This document shows positions 61,701-64,000 of a stretch of DNA of 64,000 nucleotides, one piece after another. Position 1 is the first letter of the stretch; each line of letters begins with the position of its first letter. The position numbers and the translations under genes are program-made. Source of the stretch: Eledone cirrhosa (taxonomy: Eukaryota). The stretch is from assembly GCA_964016885.1 (NCBI GenBank), contig OZ024741.1, forward strand, positions 27,032,001 to 27,096,000, in the 5' to 3' direction. The notes beneath the pieces are model-generated. The model had not been told where the DNA came from and did not search any database. It was given only the letters and a program-made list of their open reading frames with translations.

Positions 61701-64000
61701 ATCCAACCACCTGTCCAGCCATCCAACCATTCATCCAGACTACACCCCCACCCCTGGCCACTCAGACCACCTAGACCAACCATCCAACCACCTGTCCAGC
61801 CATCCAACCATTCATCCAGACTACACCCCCACCCCTGGCCACTTAGACCACCTAGACCAAGCATCCAACCACCTGTCCAGCCATCCAACCATTCATCCAG
61901 ACTACACCCCCACCCCTGGCCACTCAGACCACCTAGACCAACCATCCAACCACCTGTCCAGCCATCCAACAATTCATCCAGACTGCACCTCCCACCCCTG
62001 GCCACTCAGACCGCCTAGACCAACCATCCAACCACCTGTCCAGCCATCCAACCATTCATCCAGACTACACCCCCACCCCTGGCCACTCAGACCACCTAGA
62101 CCAACCATCCAACCACCTGTCCAGCCATCCAACCATTCATCCAGACTGCACCTCCCACCCCTGGCCACTCAGACCGCCTAGACCAACCATCCAACCACCT
62201 GTCCAGCCATCCAACAATTCATCCAGACTACACCCCCACCCCTGGCCACTTAGACCATCTAGACCAACCATCCAACCACCTGTCCAACCATCCAACCATT
62301 CATCCAGACTACACCCCCACCCCTGGCCACTCAGACCACCTAGACCAACCATCCAACCACCTGTCCAGCCATCCAACAATTCATCCAGACTACACCCCCA
62401 CCCTTGGCCACTCAGACCATCTAGACCAACCATCCAACCACCTGTCCAACCATCCAACCATTCATCCAGACTACACCCCCACCCCTGGCCACTCAGACCA
62501 CCTAGACCAACCATCCAACCACCTGTCCAGCCATCCAACCATTCATCCAGACTACACCCCCACCCCTGGCCACTTAGACCACCTAGACCAAGCATCCAAC
62601 CACCTGTCCAGCCATCCAACCATTCATCCAGACTACACCCCCACCCCTGGCCACTTAGACCATCTAGACCAACCATCCAACCACCTGTCCAGCCATCCAA
62701 CCATTCATCCAGACTACACCCCCACCCCTGGCCACTTAGACCATCTAGACCAACCATCCAACTACCTGTCCAGCCATCCAACAATTCATCCAGACTACAC
62801 CCCCACCCCTGGCCACTTAGACCATCTAGACCAACCATCCAACCACCTGTCCAACCATCCAACCATTCATCCAGACTACACCCCCACCCCTGGCCACTCA
62901 GACCACCTAGACCAACCATACAACCACCTGTCCAGCCATCCAACAATTCATCCAGACTACACCCCCACCCTTGGCCACTCAGACCATCTAGACCAACCAT
63001 CCAACCACCTGTCCAACCATCCAACCATTCATCCAGACTACACCCCCACCCCTGGCCACTCAGACCACCTAGACCAACCATCCAACCACCTGTCCAGCCA
63101 TCCAACCATTCATCCAGACTACACCCCCACCCCTGGCCACTTAGACCACCTAGACCAAGCATCCAACCACCTGTCCAGCCATCCAACCATTCATCCAGAC
63201 TACACCCCCACCCCTGGCCACTTAGACCATCTAGACCAACCATCCAACTACCTGTCCAGCCATCCAACAATTCATCCAGACTACACCCCCACCCCTGGCC
63301 ACTTAGACCATCTAGACCAACCATCCAACCACCTGTCCAGCCATCCAACCATTCATCCAGACTGCACCTCCCACCCCTGGCCACTCAGACCGCCTAGACC
63401 AACCATCCAACCACCTGTCCAGCCATCCAACAATTCATCCAGACTACACCCCCACCCCTGGCCACTTAGACCATCTAGACCAACCATCCAACCACCTGTC
63501 CAACCATCCAACCATTCATCCAGACTACACCCCCACCCCTGGCCACTCAGACCACCTAGACCAACCATCCAACCACCTGTCCAGCCATCCAACAATTCAT
63601 CCAGACTACACCCCCACCCCTGGCCACTTAGACCATCTAGACCAACCATCCAACCACCTGTCCAACCATCCAACCATTCATCCAGACTACACCCCCACCC
63701 CTGGCCACTCAGACCACCTAGACCAACCATCCAACCACCTGTCCAGCCATCCAACAATTCATCCAGACTACACCCCCACCCCTGGCCACTTAGACCATCT
63801 AGACCAACCATCCAACCACCTGTCCAGCCATCCAACCATTCATCCAGACTACACCCCCACCCCTGGCCACTCAGACCGCCTAGACCAACCATCCAACCAC
63901 CTGTCCAGCCATCCAACCATTCATCCAGACTACACCCCCACCCCTGGCCACTCAGACCGCCTAGACCAACCATCCAACAACCTGTCCAGCCATCCAACCA
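43718..64000. repeat. 81-bp C/A-rich satellite, about 250 units, runs off the window end
   Basis: Unit CTGTCCAGCCATCCAACCATTCATCCAGACTACACCCCCACCCCTGGCCACTYAGACCACCTAGACCAACCATCCAACCAC; 82-bp and 109-bp variants. Confidence 0.98.

Noticed and set aside
43664-63997. Dozens of Gly/Trp-rich ([27 protein letters not shown]) and Pro/His-rich ORFs up to 536 aa
   Set aside because: They arise because the unit is 81 bp (27 codons). Frequent 82-bp and 109-bp units shift frames and TAG variants spread freely, so there is no sign of coding constraint.

Overview
Repeat-dominated eukaryotic DNA, most likely octopus or another coleoid cephalopod. This is an inference from the SINE/RTE families and microsatellite load. 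About half the window is tandem repeat: 32-bp (1-2850), 62-bp (4115-7286), AT-rich 32-bp (16998-20360), 20-bp (34972-37930), 30-bp (40810-41298) and an 81-bp satellite (43718 to the window end). The rest is mostly transposon material: one near-full-length disrupted RTE LINE (APE + RT + zinc finger), several RTE 3' fragments, CRE- and R4/Dong-type RLE fragments, and two Penelope-like (GIY-YIG) insertions. There are also about ten hammerhead-ribozyme motifs, tRNA-derived SINEs, TTAA/hAT/Tc1-type MITEs and a Helentron-like element carrying a satellite. Nearly all ORFs in the supplied track are repeat artefacts. No intact host gene is certain, but a phase-compatible chain of small minus-strand exon candidates is present. 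The most notable observations are a 5S rRNA-SINE chimera inserted at one site, a covarying pseudoknot RNA module shared by a LINE 5'UTR, another LINE's 3'UTR and a SINE, and a hairpin satellite apparently born from a MITE-like end. All family assignments come from recognising motifs by eye; no searches were run.
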